From Azolla caroliniana (Eukaryota > Plantae > Polypodiophyta): DNA of 26,535 nt. The position numbers and the translations under genes were made by a program. Below are positions 25,144 to 26,535 of this stretch, in pieces; position 1 is the stretch's first letter, and each line of letters begins with the position of its first letter. Under the pieces are notes generated by a model. It was not told the DNA's origin. It did not search any database and saw only the letters and a list, made by a program, of their open reading frames with translations. The stretch spans positions 1 through 26,535 of the forward strand of contig JBHGNT010000424.1 in the NCBI GenBank assembly GCA_043228905.1. The letters run 5' to 3'.

Positions 25144-25656
25144 GCGGGAGGAGCTATTGTTTATACGTGCGTGCGTGCGTGCGTGCGTGCGTGCCCCCCT
25201 TTCTTCTTTTTACAGAGTTTAGGCTTTATCTAAGACATCCCGTCCTGTCGAAACTATGTCATACATAAAGGTGTGTCGTTGGCAGGTTCACTTTTGGTTT
25301 ACCACTTCGATCGTATCGGCGCTAGAGAGAAGTCGCTTTCTCGAGAGCCGGCTACCTCATCATCTTGAAACTTCATTCCGCTCCTCTGGCCGCCTTACCC
25401 TGTTCTCTGCAAGAACCCCAAGGAGACGGGTTGTTGATTGCGCTTGCTTGATTGGCACCTCTAGTACGACACATCTTTCAGAATACGAGCGAATGCTCGG
25501 ATCAGTAGATTCGAGCTCCTTATTCAGGAGTTGAGAAGTACGCAGGGCGGGCCTGCCGCTCGGCTATGACCTCGTTTCTTGAGCTAGAGGGGAATTTCAC
25601 GAAATGGGTTGGCAAGAGCAGCAGACAGCAACTCGTATCACTCTCGTAATTCAGAG

Positions 25657-25724
25657 AAGAGAAAATGGGATTCGAACCCTCAACTTTTGCTCTTAGAGAT
25701 CATTATTCCGGGAACCACTCTCCC
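25657..25724 (-). pseudogene. Degenerate trnW paralogue (CTA), repeat copy
   Basis: Copy of 8400-8467. Confidence 0.75.
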
Positions 25725-26535
25725 AAACTAAATAGTTATTTCCCTACGTAGGAAAGTTCCAATGCGGGGTCTGGATCCAGTCGAGGCGCCGAGAGCCGCA
25801 GGCGTACCGCGTATTCTATTTACCAGTTTCTCCGGAAGGTCATGTCTGGGAACTTTGACTTGATAGTGTAGTGTGACGAGGCGAGAATTCTCGCTTTCCA
25901 AGAGAGAGTTGGTCAAACCCAACCCTAATTGCTCGGATAGCAACCAATGCACATTGCTGAGTGATAAGGTGGTTTTCCATGCTTGCTGCGAAGAGGCTTG
26001 CTTTCCTGAAAAAGCCGCTGTATACAGTGATTCTCAGACCACGCAGTATCAAAAGCTCTATCAGATATGTATAAGAAGACCCTGTTTGAGTCATTGGGTC
26101 ATCCGCTGGTTCATCCTGAGTTCCTGTTCAAGAACCTTATAGCGGAGCTATATTCTCACTGTACGACAATAGAACCCTAGCGCTACTAAAGACCATCAAG
26201 GTGGTAGATGACATTAAGATGCAGTATAGTATTATGCGGGTACATCGAAACAGCAGCAGAGCCAAGGGAGTATCTTGAAAAGCAGCTGGGCTTCAAGGCC
26301 CCTAAAGAAGAGATATATAACGCGTATCATTGGGTGCCGCAAGAAAAGAAAAGAAAAGAAAAGAAGGGGATCCTATTCCTTCCTGTTGAGCACTCCTTTT
26401 TCTTGAAGAAGTGGAAAGAGAGGTTGTCCCCCCATTGTAGGAGCGAAGAAAGCTAGTAATTTTCACGCACGAAGGAAAGTCCTAGTAGATCACTACAATG
26501 TCGTAGTGACATCTTTGTGTGGGTTTGTAATCGAT

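Overview
This is land-plant mitochondrial DNA, most likely from a leptosporangiate fern. The window has a period of 17,257 bp: 1-9278 recurs at 17258-26535 and runs to both window edges, so it is best read as about 1.5 turns of a small circular mitochondrial chromosome (a tandem duplication is not excluded). The supplied ORF track misses all three real protein genes (apart from one stop-free piece of tatC) because they are encrypted by heavy C-to-U and reverse U-to-C RNA editing. Reading TAA/TAG as Gln and TGA as Arg reveals atp1 exon 2 (minus, 994-2180, about 27 in-frame stops), a complete sdh3 (10377-10772) and a complete tatC/mttB (11543-12277). The unit also carries six tRNAs (fMet, chlamydial-like Arg-UCG, Trp, Gln, Ile-CAU, Ala), a decayed trnW paralogue with a CUA anticodon, and the 3' 2 kb of the LSU rRNA. 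The most striking result is that two genes are present only as 3' halves, each preceded by the 3' end of an intron. atp1 exon 2 follows group II domains V-VI at the atp1i361g2 site, and rrnL exon 2 follows the S/P9/omega-G end of a group I intron. I could not find either 5' exon in the 17.3-kb unit, which points to inter-chromosomal trans-splicing of both a group II and a group I intron. Spacers hold microsatellites, a palindromic dispersed repeat family and plasmid RNA polymerase relics. All comparisons to known genes are from memory, with no searches run.
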